DNA from: an uncultured Planctomycetota bacterium
GTDB lineage: Bacteria; Planctomycetota; Planctomycetia; Isosphaerales; Isosphaeraceae
Direction: 5' to 3'
DNA: 64,000 nucleotides
Assembly: GCA_963737655.1 (NCBI GenBank)
Contig: CAVTTN010000002.1
Location: forward strand, 5,088,001 to 5,152,000
Positions 10,103 through 20,378 of this stretch are shown in pieces. The translations under genes were made by a program, and so were the position numbers. Each line of letters begins with the position of its first letter. The first letter of the stretch is position 1. The notes under the pieces are model-generated. The model saw only the letters and a program-made list of their open reading frames with translations. It was not told the DNA's origin and did not search any database.

Positions 10103-12301
10103 ATGATCCCGCCGCGATGTCTTGCCGGTCCGCTGGTTCTTGCCCTGTGTTGCGCGGCGATCCGGGCCGATGAGCCCCAGAAGCCCACGGCGACGGCCTC
10201 GGAGAAGAACCCGGCGGTCCCCGCCGCCGGGCACTCGGTCCACGGCGAGGCGTTCGACGACGGCCCCCGTCAGCAGGCGTATCTGAAGGAGGGCCAGGGG
10301 AAGGTCGATTTCTCCGCGACGACCGCGACGCCCGAGGCCCTCGCGTTCCTCAACCAGGGCGTGGCCCAGCTCCATTCGTTCTACTACCTCGAAGCCGAGC
10401 GATCCTTCCGCCAGGCCGCGAAGCTCGACCCGGGCTGCGCGATGGCCTACTGGGGGATGGCGATGGCCAACGTGAACAACCCCAAGAGGGCCCGCGGCTT
10501 CCTCCAGGAGGCCAGGAAGAAGGCCGACGCGGGGAAGGTCACGCCTCGCGAGCGGCTCTATCTCGACGCCCTCTCGGCCCTCTACCCGGCGAATAATGTG
10601 AACAAGCCGGGATATCTCTCGGGGATGGAAGCGATCGTCCAGGACTTCCCCGAAGACCTCGACGCCCGTGCCTGGCTCGCCCAGGCCATGTGGGAGAGCA
10701 ACAACGTGGGGTCCGCCCGGAAGGCCGTGGACGTCCTGCTCGAATCGGTCGAGCGCGGCAACCCGATGCATCCCGGGGCGCATCATTACCGCATCCATCT
10801 GTGGGACGGCACCAACCCCGCCCGCGCGGAGAGGTCGGCCGGCACCTATGCGAAGACCGCCCCGGGCATCGCCCACGCCTGGCACATGCCCGGTCATACC
10901 TATACGGGCCTGAAGCGATATGCCGACGCCGCCTATCAGCAGGAAGGCTCGGCGAGGGTCGATCACGCCGCGATGCTCCGCGATCGGATCATGCCCTTCG
11001 AAATTCACAATTATGCTCATAACAACCAATGGCTCGCCACCAGCCTGAGCCACGTCGGCCGGGCCCGGGACGCCATCGCCGTGGCGAAGAACCTCGTCGA
11101 CCAGCCCCGGGACCCCCAGAAGAACGGCAAGAACGACGGCGGATCGCCCCAGCGCAGCGGACGGGCCCGGTGGTCCGAGGTCCTCGTCCGCTACGAACTC
11201 TGGGATGACCTGATCGCCGCGACCGAATCGGGCGACCTGGACTGGTCGGACGTCCCCCAGGAGAGGCGCGAGAAGGCGTACACGCTCGGCCTGGCCCATG
11301 CCGCGAAGGGCGACAAGGCGAAGCTCGCCCAGCAGGTCGAGGCGCTCCGAGGCCTCGAAGGGCCGAAGCCCGCCAACCCCCCGGCCGGGGCGAAGCCGCC
11401 GGTCTCTCCCGAGATGGCCGAGCTCGAAGGATATCAGAAGCTCCTGAACGACGACGTGGCGGGCGCCTTCGAGTCGTTCGGCAAGGCCACCAGGATGAGG
11501 GGCGAATCGCTGGCCAGGGCCCACGTCGCGGCCCGGAATTTCGGGATGGCGCCGTCGGTCGCGAGGAAGGCCGTCGAGGACGATCCCAACCAGGTCGTCC
11601 CGCTCGCCTCGGCCGTCGAGATCCTCCAGCTTTGCGGCCGGACGAAGGAGGCCCAGGAGCTTTACCGCAAGCTCGAGCCGCTGGCCCGCCACGCCGACCG
11701 CGACACGCCGGTCTTCCGCAGGCTGGCCTCGATCGTGGCCTCGTGGAGCGGCCCGGAATGGTCGGGCGCGGCGGCGAAGCCCGAGACGGCCGACCCGTCC
11801 GAGACGAAGGCCGACCTCGCCCCCCTCGGCCCGCTGACCTGGGCCCCCTGCCCCGCCGGGCCGATCGACCGGCCCGACACCGAGGGCAAGCCCTGGCGCC
11901 TTGCCGACCAGAAAGGCAAGAATGTGCTCGTTCTCTTCTATTTGGGGAACAAGTGCGCCCATTGCATGCAACAACTGGAGATGGTCGGCAAGGAGGTCGA
12001 GAATTTCAAGAAGCTCAATACCGAGGTCGTGGCGATCGGCACCGACGACCTCGCCGCGGCGAAGGCGCTCAAGGCCAACCAGGACGGCATCAAGTTCCCC
12101 ATGCCGTTCGTGGCCGACCCGGGCCTCGACCTGTTCCGCGCCTATCGGGCCTTCGACGACTTCGAGAACGCCCCGATGCACGGGACTTTCCTGATCGACT
12201 CCCGGGGCGGAGTCCGGTTCCAGAGGGTCGGGCCCGAGCCGTTCCTCGACGTGGAATTCCTCAAGGCCGAGGCCGCGAGGATCTCGCGATTGGCGAGATG
12301 A
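10103..12301 (+). CDS. Secreted TPR-like protein with C-terminal AhpC/TSA redoxin domain
   Basis: Signal peptide; EAERSFRQAAKLDPGCAMAYWGMA; HPGAHHYRIH; C-terminal GKNVLVLFY..CAHC redoxin. Confidence 0.8.
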   Translation: MIPPRCLAGPLVLALCCAAIRADEPQKPTATASEKNPAVPAAGHSVHGEAFDDGPRQQAYLKEGQGKVDFSATTATPEALAFLNQGVAQLHSFYYLEAERSFRQAAKLDPGCAMAYWGMAMANVNNPKRARGFLQEARKKADAGKVTPRERLYLDALSALYPANNVNKPGYLSGMEAIVQDFPEDLDARAWLAQAMWESNNVGSARKAVDVLLESVERGNPMHPGAHHYRIHLWDGTNPARAERSAGTYAKTAPGIAHAWHMPGHTYTGLKRYADAAYQQEGSARVDHAAMLRDRIMPFEIHNYAHNNQWLATSLSHVGRARDAIAVAKNLVDQPRDPQKNGKNDGGSPQRSGRARWSEVLVRYELWDDLIAATESGDLDWSDVPQERREKAYTLGLAHAAKGDKAKLAQQVEALRGLEGPKPANPPAGAKPPVSPEMAELEGYQKLLNDDVAGAFESFGKATRMRGESLARAHVAARNFGMAPSVARKAVEDDPNQVVPLASAVEILQLCGRTKEAQELYRKLEPLARHADRDTPVFRRLASIVASWSGPEWSGAAAKPETADPSETKADLAPLGPLTWAPCPAGPIDRPDTEGKPWRLADQKGKNVLVLFYLGNKCAHCMQQLEMVGKEVENFKKLNTEVVAIGTDDLAAAKALKANQDGIKFPMPFVADPGLDLFRAYRAFDDFENAPMHGTFLIDSRGGVRFQRVGPEPFLDVEFLKAEAARISRLAR

Positions 12302-12373
12302 TCGCGGGTCGCGGAGGCGGGACAGGCCGCATCCGCGTCCGGGGGACGGAATCCAGACGAGTCGGATCGAAGC

Positions 12374-12389
12374 CGGCATATCGATTGCG
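12374..12389 (+). promoter_or_regulatory. Putative sigma-54 (-24/-12) promoter
   Basis: CGGCATATCGATTGC gives exact GG-N10-GC spacing, ~50 nt upstream of the ATG at 12440. Confidence 0.6.
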
Positions 12390-12439
12390 TCATGTCTCCT
12401 CGCGAACCCATCTCCTCTCCCTTCCGCGAGGACAGGACC

Positions 12440-12967
12440 ATGTCGGATAAGCTGAATCGCAGGGATGAAGAAGTCGTGACCGGCGGCGACGCGAACCTCG
12501 ACCCGATCAGCGGGGAGCCCGGCGCGCACCCGGTCGGCGTGGGACTGGGCGCGGCCGGCGCCGGAGCGGCCGGAGCGGCGATCGGCTCGTTCGCCGGCCC
12601 GGTCGGCACGGCGGTCGGAGCGGTCGTCGGCGCGGTGGCGGGCGGCCTGGCCGGCAAGGGCATGGCCGAGGCGATCGACCCGACCGCCGAGGACGCCTAC
12701 TGGCGGGACAACTACCGCGATCGCCCCTACGTCAACCAGGGCGAGAGCTACGACGACTTCGCCCCCGCCTATCGCCACGGCTGGGAGGCCCGATCCCGCT
12801 ACGCCGGCCGCTCCTTCGACGAGGTCGAGACCGACCTCGGCCGAGAGTGGGACCAGTCCGAGCACAAGCTCCGAATGGGCTGGGACCGCGCCCGCCACGC
12901 CACCCGAGACGCCTGGCAGCGCGTCGAGGACACCGTCCCCGGCAACCACGGGACGCTCACCCGCTGA
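12440..12967 (+). CDS. Glycine-zipper / general stress-type protein
   Basis: DPISGEPGAHPVGVGLGAAGAGAAGAAIG..., EDAYWRDNY, WDRARHATRDAW; RBS GAGGA. Confidence 0.75.
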   Translation: MSDKLNRRDEEVVTGGDANLDPISGEPGAHPVGVGLGAAGAGAAGAAIGSFAGPVGTAVGAVVGAVAGGLAGKGMAEAIDPTAEDAYWRDNYRDRPYVNQGESYDDFAPAYRHGWEARSRYAGRSFDEVETDLGREWDQSEHKLRMGWDRARHATRDAWQRVEDTVPGNHGTLTR

Positions 12968-12994
12968 GACCGGACGGACCGGGCCGATCCCCAG

Positions 12995-13047
12995 AACGGT
13001 GTCAGATCCGCTTTCCCCCGGGGAAAATCGATCTGACACCGTTTTTT
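12995..13047. repeat. Palindrome (GTCA/TGAC type), possible terminator
   Basis: AACGGTGTCAGATC...GATCTGACACCGTT followed by a T-run. Confidence 0.65.
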
Positions 13048-13131
13048 GCCCCTCTCGACTCGGCCTGCGATCGGATACGATGTCTCTCCCGGCCGTCCCC
13101 CCTCCGTTCAGGCCCGCCGAGAGAGGCCGCG

Positions 13132-14904
13132 ATGCCCTGGATCCCTCATTTCCTGGTCCTGGATGATGACCCTCGCGTCCTCGATTCGCTGGTCCCGGGC
13201 GTGGCGCTGGACCTGGCCCGGCGGCTCGGCGCGTCTCCGGGGTTCGGGGGCTTGCTCCGTCGTGATCCGGGGGACGCCGGGGCGCCGGTCCATCTGAGGG
13301 TCACGGCCCACGGCTACGAGAGCGACCGCCTGGCCGGGTTTCGCCACCGGAGCCCGGTCCAGGCCCATTTGCACCTGGTCCGCGAGCGAGGGGGCCGGTT
13401 CGACCTGGCGAGGAAGCTCCTGAACGAGCAGGTCTTCGCCGTGGTCGTCTCGGACTTGCGGTTCTCCGAGGAGGCCGGCGGCCAGCGAGCCGGTCAGCTC
13501 TTCATCGACGAGGTGGGCCGGGTCCATCCCCACTCGCGGACGCTCCTGTACTCGGCCTATCCGCGCCCCGAGGGCTTCCCCGCCGATCGGTTCGTCCGCA
13601 AGGGGGGCGAGCCGGCGGGCGGCCTGGCCGAGGCGATCGCCCGGGCCTTCGAGGCCGCGCTGGCGGACCCGGCCGTCTTCGCCTTCGCCGAGGCGATCGC
13701 CGACCAGGGCCTGGTCTACCAGTCCGACGCCTTCGGGACGACCCTCGCGCAAATCTTCGCCCTGTCGCGGCTGATGGGCCACTCGGCCAACGCCCCGGGC
13801 CCGGCCAACGGCCCGGCCCGGGCCCGCCGCCCCCTGCCCTGCCTGCTCCTGGACGGCGAGAGCGGCACGGGCAAGCGAGGGCTCGCCGAGGTCTTCCGGG
13901 CCGCCAGCGACCGCCGAGCCGACAAGATGCCGGTCGCCTCGTGCAACGAGCTCACCAACGAGACCCTCCTCCGCTCGATCCTCTTCGGCCACAAGCGAGG
14001 CGCGTTCACCGACGCGAGGGAGGACCGCCCCGGCCTGGTCGCCTCGGCCGGGCGCGGCACGGTCCTCCTGGACGACTTCCACCGCCTCCCCCCGGCCTGC
14101 TCGGCGATCCTCCACTCGTTCCTCGAAGACGGCGAGTTCAGCCGGCTCGGCGAGGAGGAAATCCGCCGCCACGCCGAGTGCGCCGTGGTCCTCACCGTCG
14201 AGACCGGCCCGTGGGCCGAACGGAGGCGCTCGGGCGAGCTCCCCCCGGCGTTCCTCGCCCGGGTCGAGCGGCTCCCGGTCCTCGTCCCGCCCTTGAGGCA
14301 GAGGCCCGAGGACGTGGCCGCCCAGGCCCAATGGCTGGCTCGGGCCGTCTCCGGCGAGCTGGGGGCGGGCGTCGAGCTCTCGGCCGACGCGATCGAGCAC
14401 CTCAAGGCCCAGCCGTTCGCCGACAGCAACAGCCGGGAGCTCCGCAACGCGATCGAACGGGCGATCTACGGCCATTACCGCGAGACGGACACCCTGGAAT
14501 GGTCGCACCTGCAACCGTTCTTCTCCGGGGCCGCCGCCGCGCCCGCCTCGTCGCCGAAGCCCTCGAAGGCCGAGGCCGCGCCGTCTCCCGTGCCGAACGA
14601 GTGGCAACGGCGTCTCCGGGCGCTGGCGGCCAAGATCCTGGCCAAGGGGCTGGCGATCGGCGCCGAGGAGGCCCAGGAACTCGCCTCCCACCTGTTCGAC
14701 GAGGCGTTGCCGCTGTCGTGGGCCTCGATCGAGGCCGCCCGGGCGGCCCGGCCCGACGCCCCGCCGATCCCCCTGCCGGTCTGGGAAGACCTCTGGCGAT
14801 GCTTCGCCGTCAGTTGGCTCGGCGGCCCCTCCCCGGCCGAGAAGACGCTGGGAATCCCCGCGAACACGATGAGGCAATGGATCAACGACCGGGAATCGCG
14901 GTGA
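13132..14904 (+). CDS. Atypical sigma-54-dependent activator (receiver + AAA+ + HTH)
   Basis: FLVLDDD / VVSDLRF / YSAY / RKG receiver; GESGTGK; LFGHKRGAFTDA; PPLRQRPED; NSRELRN; C-terminal AEKTLGIPANTMRQW. Confidence 0.8.
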   Translation: MPWIPHFLVLDDDPRVLDSLVPGVALDLARRLGASPGFGGLLRRDPGDAGAPVHLRVTAHGYESDRLAGFRHRSPVQAHLHLVRERGGRFDLARKLLNEQVFAVVVSDLRFSEEAGGQRAGQLFIDEVGRVHPHSRTLLYSAYPRPEGFPADRFVRKGGEPAGGLAEAIARAFEAALADPAVFAFAEAIADQGLVYQSDAFGTTLAQIFALSRLMGHSANAPGPANGPARARRPLPCLLLDGESGTGKRGLAEVFRAASDRRADKMPVASCNELTNETLLRSILFGHKRGAFTDAREDRPGLVASAGRGTVLLDDFHRLPPACSAILHSFLEDGEFSRLGEEEIRRHAECAVVLTVETGPWAERRRSGELPPAFLARVERLPVLVPPLRQRPEDVAAQAQWLARAVSGELGAGVELSADAIEHLKAQPFADSNSRELRNAIERAIYGHYRETDTLEWSHLQPFFSGAAAAPASSPKPSKAEAAPSPVPNEWQRRLRALAAKILAKGLAIGAEEAQELASHLFDEALPLSWASIEAARAARPDAPPIPLPVWEDLWRCFAVSWLGGPSPAEKTLGIPANTMRQWINDRESR

Positions 14905-14943
14905 GAGGCGCGGCGATGGAGGCCCGCGGACGCATGAAAACGT

Positions 14944-15795
14944 TTACGCCCCGCATTCCTTCGCCGCGACGATCTTCGTATAGGCGATGCGGAACCCTCG
15001 CCTCTCGGCGGTCCTCTGCGAGGCGCTGCCCGGCTTCGCCCCCATCACGGCGAGGTCGCACCCGAGGGCGCGGGCGAGCTTCAACCGTCCGTCGAACAGG
15101 GCCGAATGGACGCCTCGGCGACGGAAGTTCGGGTCGGTCGCGGCCCCGGCCAGCATCGCGACGCCGTCGTGAATCAGCAGGCTCCCTCCGCCCGCCGCGT
15201 CGCCCTCGACGCGTCCCAGGAGCATGGTCCCGCACCTCATCCGAAGCATCGCGGCGAACATCTCGCGGGACTCGTCGGTGAGGACGCCCCCCTCGGCGAA
15301 GCTCGGGCCGACCGCGTTGATGTAAACCGCCTCCTCCCCTTCCGAGAGCGGGCGGACCTCGACGCCCGGCACCTCCGGCGGACGGGGATCGTCGGCCCTC
15401 AAGGTCTTCACCGTCGTGTTCTCGAACTCCGAGACGCCATAGCCCCGACGTCGGAGGAGCGAGGCGAGCGACTCATCGGCCAGGGGGCAGACCACGACGC
15501 GGGCCGTCGCCCCCCGGGAGAAGTAAACCTCCTCCAATCGGTCCAGGTCGGCGTCGGTCACCGGGCCGTCGAGCCCCAGCCCGGTGGCCTGGGACATCGG
15601 CGACCCAATTCCCGCGAAAATCGCCACGCCATCGGCCACCGGAACGACCAAGGAGCCCGTCGTCGGCACGATCTCGGCCAGGGCCCGAGCGAATTCGGAC
15701 TCGATGGCCACCGCGGCCCGTTCAAGGCGGCGGGCCAGGTCCAGGTCGGCGTGGATCAAGGGAGGTTCCTCGGCGAGATCGCGAGACGAAGCCAT
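14944..15795 (-). CDS. GNAT family N-acetyltransferase
   Basis: ATDPNFRRRGVHSAL acetyl-CoA motif; PGSASQRTAERRGF. Confidence 0.85.
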   Translation of the reverse strand: MASSRDLAEEPPLIHADLDLARRLERAAVAIESEFARALAEIVPTTGSLVVPVADGVAIFAGIGSPMSQATGLGLDGPVTDADLDRLEEVYFSRGATARVVVCPLADESLASLLRRRGYGVSEFENTTVKTLRADDPRPPEVPGVEVRPLSEGEEAVYINAVGPSFAEGGVLTDESREMFAAMLRMRCGTMLLGRVEGDAAGGGSLLIHDGVAMLAGAATDPNFRRRGVHSALFDGRLKLARALGCDLAVMGAKPGSASQRTAERRGFRIAYTKIVAAKECGA

Positions 15796-15826
15796 GTTGA
15801 GCGGGTCGGAGGGCGGTTGTCGCATT

Positions 15827-15914
15827 CTGGGTGGCATGCTTACGGAGACGTAAGCATGTCTTCGGCCAGGCCCGAACCGAGGACATGCTTACGGAGACGT
15901 AAGCATGCCACCCA
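15827..15914. repeat. REPIN-like palindrome, family A copy 2
   Basis: GGGTGGCATGCTTACGGAGACGTAAGCATGTC...GACATGCTTACGGAGACGTAAGCATGCCACCC. Confidence 0.85.
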
Positions 15915-16137
15915 ACCTCGGCGAGATGGCCGGACGAGGCCCGCGAGCGACGACACGAGAGCCGGCGATCGGGTTCGGGTCCCGGCCTCAAATCCGGCAC
16001 CTTCGGCGAACCGGTCCCGTCGGGGCCATTCCGTCGATTTTCCGATTTGACTGGATCGAGGGCGGGCGCACCATCGTTGGAGGCCGCGATCCGGCGGGCT
16101 TCGACCGTTCGACACCTCCCGAGAGGCCGCGCCGACC

Positions 16138-17121
16138 ATGCCCCGCACCCCCGGACGCCCCGGGCCCGCCGGTCGAAGGCGGGCCGAGCCGCGATGCGAT
16201 CCCCTGGAACCGCGCCACCTGCTCTCCGCCCGGTTCGGCCATGCCCCGATCGTCCACGCCCAGGCCGCTTCGGCCCAGGGCGGGCGGATCGTCCGCGACG
16301 TGGTCTATCAGGACGCCCCGGACCCGGTCGAGCGGCTCGACCTGATCGAGCCGGCCGGGACGCCGCCCCCGGGCGGCTGGCCCGTGGTCGTCGCCATCCA
16401 CGGCGGAGGCTGGCGACGGTTCGACAAGACCGAATATGAGCCGACCGTCGCGCCTCTCGCCCGGGACGGCTATCTCGTCGTGGCGCCGAACTACCCGCTT
16501 TCGGGGCCGGGCTCGCCCTCGTGGCCGGCGAACTTCGAGGCCGTCCGGGACGCCGTGAGATGGGTCCGCGACCACACCTCGGCGATCGGCGCCGACCCGA
16601 ATCGGATCGCGACGATGGGCGAATCGGCCGGGGGGCACCTCGCGGCCCTGCTCGGGACCTATCCCGACGGCCCGGTGAATCCCGAATCGCCGGCGACCGC
16701 GACCGGCTCGGCCGATCCGGGCACCTCGGCCCGGGTCCAGGCGGTCGTGGACTTCTTCGGCCCGACGGACCTCGCCGCCCTTTCCCGAACCAGCCGGCTC
16801 GCGGCGGGGCCGATCCGCCACATGCTCGGCGCCGATCCCTCGAGCGACCCGGGCCGGGCCGCCGCCGCCTCGCCCGTCTCGTTCGTCTCGCCCGACGACC
16901 CGCCGACGCTGATCTTCCAGGGGACGGCCGACCCCATCGTCACCCCGTCGCAATCCACCGAGTTCGCCGACGCCCTGACGGCCGCCGGGGTGCCGAACCG
17001 GCTGATCCGCATCCCGGGAGCCGGCCACGGATTCGGCCTCTCGGCCGGGGGGCGGGACCTCCTCGGGACCATCGAGCGGTTCCTCGCCTCGGCCATGCCG
17101 GCGAAGTCGGGCGGGTCGTGA
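16138..17121 (+). CDS. Alpha/beta hydrolase (HSL/BD-FAE-like esterase) with LEPR-XLL-type leader
   Basis: HGGGW, GESAGGHLA, GTADPIV, GAGHG; N-terminal RRRAEPRCDPLEPRHLLS. Confidence 0.85.
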   Translation: MPRTPGRPGPAGRRRAEPRCDPLEPRHLLSARFGHAPIVHAQAASAQGGRIVRDVVYQDAPDPVERLDLIEPAGTPPPGGWPVVVAIHGGGWRRFDKTEYEPTVAPLARDGYLVVAPNYPLSGPGSPSWPANFEAVRDAVRWVRDHTSAIGADPNRIATMGESAGGHLAALLGTYPDGPVNPESPATATGSADPGTSARVQAVVDFFGPTDLAALSRTSRLAAGPIRHMLGADPSSDPGRAAAASPVSFVSPDDPPTLIFQGTADPIVTPSQSTEFADALTAAGVPNRLIRIPGAGHGFGLSAGGRDLLGTIERFLASAMPAKSGGS

Positions 17122-17287
17122 GCGAACCCTCGCCCGATCCTTGGCCGCCCCCTTCGGCGATCGGAACCGGGCGATCCGCACCGGGCAACCTCCAGCGTCC
17201 CCAGACGGAAACGGCCCCTGAGATCGGGCCGGGCCCGGCGACGCCGGAGGGCGTCGCCGGGCCTTCGCGGGGGGAGGGGCCGGGCGA

Positions 17288-18499
17288 TCATCGGCGACGG
17301 AGGCGGCCGGCGAGGCGACGGCCGGCGAGCGTCGCCCCGCCGAGGCCCAGCAGCGCGAGCGTCCCGGGCTCGGGGACGGCGCTCAGCGAGGCCACGGCCG
17401 AATTCGCGGTGCCGTACTGGAAGAAGCGGTCGGAAGAGCCCATCGGCGTGGCGGACGGGTCGCCCGCGGCGTTGTTGTCGACGACGAAATCCATGCCGAT
17501 CAGCAGGTCCATCCCGCCGATCGACCAACTGTTGCCGTCGGGCTGGGCGAACGAGTCGAGGTAGGTCTTCAGCCCGGCCGCCGAGAGGGCCGTCCCGGGC
17601 GAGAAGTCGATCGGCACCCACTTGTCGGGGGCGCCGGTCGTCGGGTCGCCCTGGATGAACATGTACTGGGACGGGTCGGCCGGCATCGAGGTCGTGTAGT
17701 CGTTCACGAAGAACTGGACGCCCGGGGCGGCGGTCAGGGACGAGGAGAAGTGGCCTCCGCCGACGGTCACGGTGTAATCGAACAGGGTGGTGGCGGAGCT
17801 CGTGCCGTTCAGGCCGGTGATGGTGTTCTGGAAGTCGATCGAGCCGGAGCCGTTGGGATCGACGACGACGGAGGAGCCGGTGATGTCGTTGAAGGCGTGG
17901 AGCTCGATGGTGGGCGAGGCCGCGGGGGTGAACGTGTGGCTGCCCTGGTTGTTGACGATGGTGATCGGGTTGCCGTTGAGGGCGGGAAGATCGAGCGTGA
18001 AGGGGTCGGTGACCTTGCCGTAGCCCCGGCCGAAGCCCCCGGGCGGGATCGTGGTCTTGTCCACCGTGCCGGAGGCGAGCCCGCCGGCCTCGTACGAGTC
18101 GAAGAACGTCCCCTGGCTGATGTAGGAGATGCCCGAGGCGGTGCCGGTGGCCTTGGTGGCCCCGGGCGCAGGCACCTGGGCCTTCAGGTAGTTCCAGCCC
18201 TTGCCCACGGGGTCGCCGGTAACCGGGTCCTTGTTGAACTTCTTGTCCGGGCCGAACGTCTTCAGGCCGGTGGTGCCGCCCTCGTTGTCGGCCTTGGCTT
18301 CCTCGCTGTAGGTGCCGGCCAACGCATTGGCGGCCGACCAGTAGGAAGTGTGCGTCCCGTCCACGTCGCTGTACTTGTTCCAGAGCCAGTTGCGGCTGTC
18401 GGCCGTCGCCTTGGCGTCGGCCCTCGCGGGCCGCGTCCAGGCGCCCGCGATCAGGAAAGCGGCGCCTGCGGCGGCGCAGAGTCGAGCGATCCTCTCCAC
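17288..18499 (-). CDS. PEP-CTERM sorting domain surface protein
   Basis: Signal peptide (ARADA), Thr/Gly-rich body, C-terminal VPEPGTLALLGLGG...RRLAGRLRRR; GTG start after GGAGG. Confidence 0.9.
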   Translation of the reverse strand: MERIARLCAAAGAAFLIAGAWTRPARADAKATADSRNWLWNKYSDVDGTHTSYWSAANALAGTYSEEAKADNEGGTTGLKTFGPDKKFNKDPVTGDPVGKGWNYLKAQVPAPGATKATGTASGISYISQGTFFDSYEAGGLASGTVDKTTIPPGGFGRGYGKVTDPFTLDLPALNGNPITIVNNQGSHTFTPAASPTIELHAFNDITGSSVVVDPNGSGSIDFQNTITGLNGTSSATTLFDYTVTVGGGHFSSSLTAAPGVQFFVNDYTTSMPADPSQYMFIQGDPTTGAPDKWVPIDFSPGTALSAAGLKTYLDSFAQPDGNSWSIGGMDLLIGMDFVVDNNAAGDPSATPMGSSDRFFQYGTANSAVASLSAVPEPGTLALLGLGGATLAGRRLAGRLRRR

Positions 18500-18745
18500 G
18501 TCGATCCTCCCTTCCGTCGGCGAGACCCGGGGTCGTCCATCGTGGACCCGTCGGGCCGGACCAGGTCCGGCGCCGGGGCGACCCTCGCGGTTCGCCCCGA
18601 CTCCCGGACTCTTAGACGACCCCCCGCCTCGGCACAAGGAGGGAATGCCCGTCAGGGAGGCCATGTCTCAAAAAATCAACATCCGTCTAGGGCAAACCGG
18701 AGAGGAGCTTCGTCATGAGCCCCGAATCGAGACACATCCGCACTC

Positions 18746-19749
18746 TCACGCATGAAGGACCGCGCGGAACCGGACCTTGCCCGAGCGGACGCGATCGACG
18801 GCGGCGTTCACCTCGCCCATGGGGAATGGTTCGGTCATGGGGCGGACGCCGGTCCGGGCGGCGAACTGGAGCATCAGGGCCGTGTCCGACGGGCTGCCGG
18901 CCGACGCCCCGGAGACCGATTTCTCGGCCAGCAGCGGGAAGGCGGGGAACGTGATGTCCGACTCGGGCACCCCGCAGAGGATCAGACGGCCCTGGGGCCG
19001 GAGCGCCTGGATGTATTCGACCCAGGGCAGGTCCACGGCGACCGTCGAGACGATCACGTCGAACGAGTTCGCGGCCTTCTTCAGCTCGTCGGTGCCCCGG
19101 GTGGCGAGGAAGCGCGAGGCGCCGAGCGTCTTCGTGTCCTCGTCCTTGTCGTGGCTGGAGGAGATGGCGGTGACCTCGCAGCCCATTTTGGCGAGGAACT
19201 GCACCGCGAGGTGCCCGAGGCCGCCCACGCCCAGGACGGCCGCCTTCATCCAGGGCTTCACGCCGTACTGGACCAACGGGGTGAACACGGTGGTGCCCGC
19301 GCACATGAGGGGGCCGGCGTCCTCGGAAGGCAGCGCCTCGGGCAAGGGGACGGCGAACTTCCAGTGACAGCGGACCGTCTCGCCCCAGCCTCCGCGATGG
19401 CCGACGATCGTCATCGAGGGCGTCGCGCAGAGGCATTCGCGGCCTCGGACGCACCACTCGCACCGCCCGCACGAGCCGGAGAACCAGCCCACCCCCACGC
19501 GAGCGCCCAGGGCGATGCGGTCGCCGACCTGATCGCCGACCCGCGTGACGGTGCCGACCACTTCATGGCCGGGGACGAGCGGATATTGGGAGAAGCCCCA
19601 GTCGTTATCGATCATCGCGAGGTCGCTGTGACAGACCCCGCAATGAGAGACGCGGACCTCGACCTCCTCGGCCCGAGGGGGCCGGGATCGTACTCGAACG
19701 GCTGCAATTTCGCCTTCGGGGCCATCGCCGCGAATGCCTTCACTCCCAT
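18746..19749 (-). CDS. Zn-dependent NAD(P) alcohol dehydrogenase (Ahr/YahK-like); frameshift ~19675
   Basis: MGVKAFAAMAPKAKLQPFEYDPGPLGP joins EEVEVRVSHCGVCHSD, GHEVVG, CGRCEWC, GVGGLGH. Confidence 0.9.
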
Positions 19750-19822
19750 CGAACCGTCTCCCAGGACCATCGGGCAGGGCGGAAAACTTGAGGCGACCCG
19801 GGCCTGACTCGGGCACGATCCC

Positions 19823-20114
19823 TCACTCGCCGAGGGGCTCGATACAGCTCGGGCGATCGGCTCTCCAGCAGGGGGAACAGCCCCCCGGCGGCGAGCTCGG
19901 CGAAGTGGGGCGAGCCGCGATGGGCGTCCAGCGCGGCCTGGTCGTCGTATTGTTCGTAGAGGAAGAGGCGGCGGGGATCGGTCGTCGAGCGATGGGCCAG
20001 GTACATCCGGCATCCGGGCTCGCGGCGGGTCGCCTCGGTCAGCCGGGAGAGCAGCCCGAGCGCCTCGGCCTCGTGGCCGGTCTTCACGACATAGGTCACG
20101 GCGACGCAGATCAT
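19823..20114 (-). CDS. Putative quinol monooxygenase (ABM domain); likely 3' frameshift ~19842
   Basis: MICVAVTY...TRREPGCRMY...LYEQYDDQAALDAHRGSPHF; one-base correction gives PELYEPLGE-stop. Confidence 0.85.
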
Positions 20115-20378
20115 CGCGGCCTCTCCCCGGGATTGCGGCAAGATATCACGAGCGAGCGAACGAACGAACGAACGAGGCGGATCGATCGGCCCCATCCTAG
20201 GCGCCGGGGGAAGCCTCGGCCAGACCCGATCGGCCCGGGTCGTCGCGGGGTGCCCCGGCCCTCGAACCGGGGCGGCGCCGCCGCAGGAGACCTCGGCACG
20301 GGATTGACTCCATGCGGGCCGCCGCGCTACGCTCGGGGCCGTCCCGAGCCCGCGTCGACCCGCATGGAGGCCCGCCGC

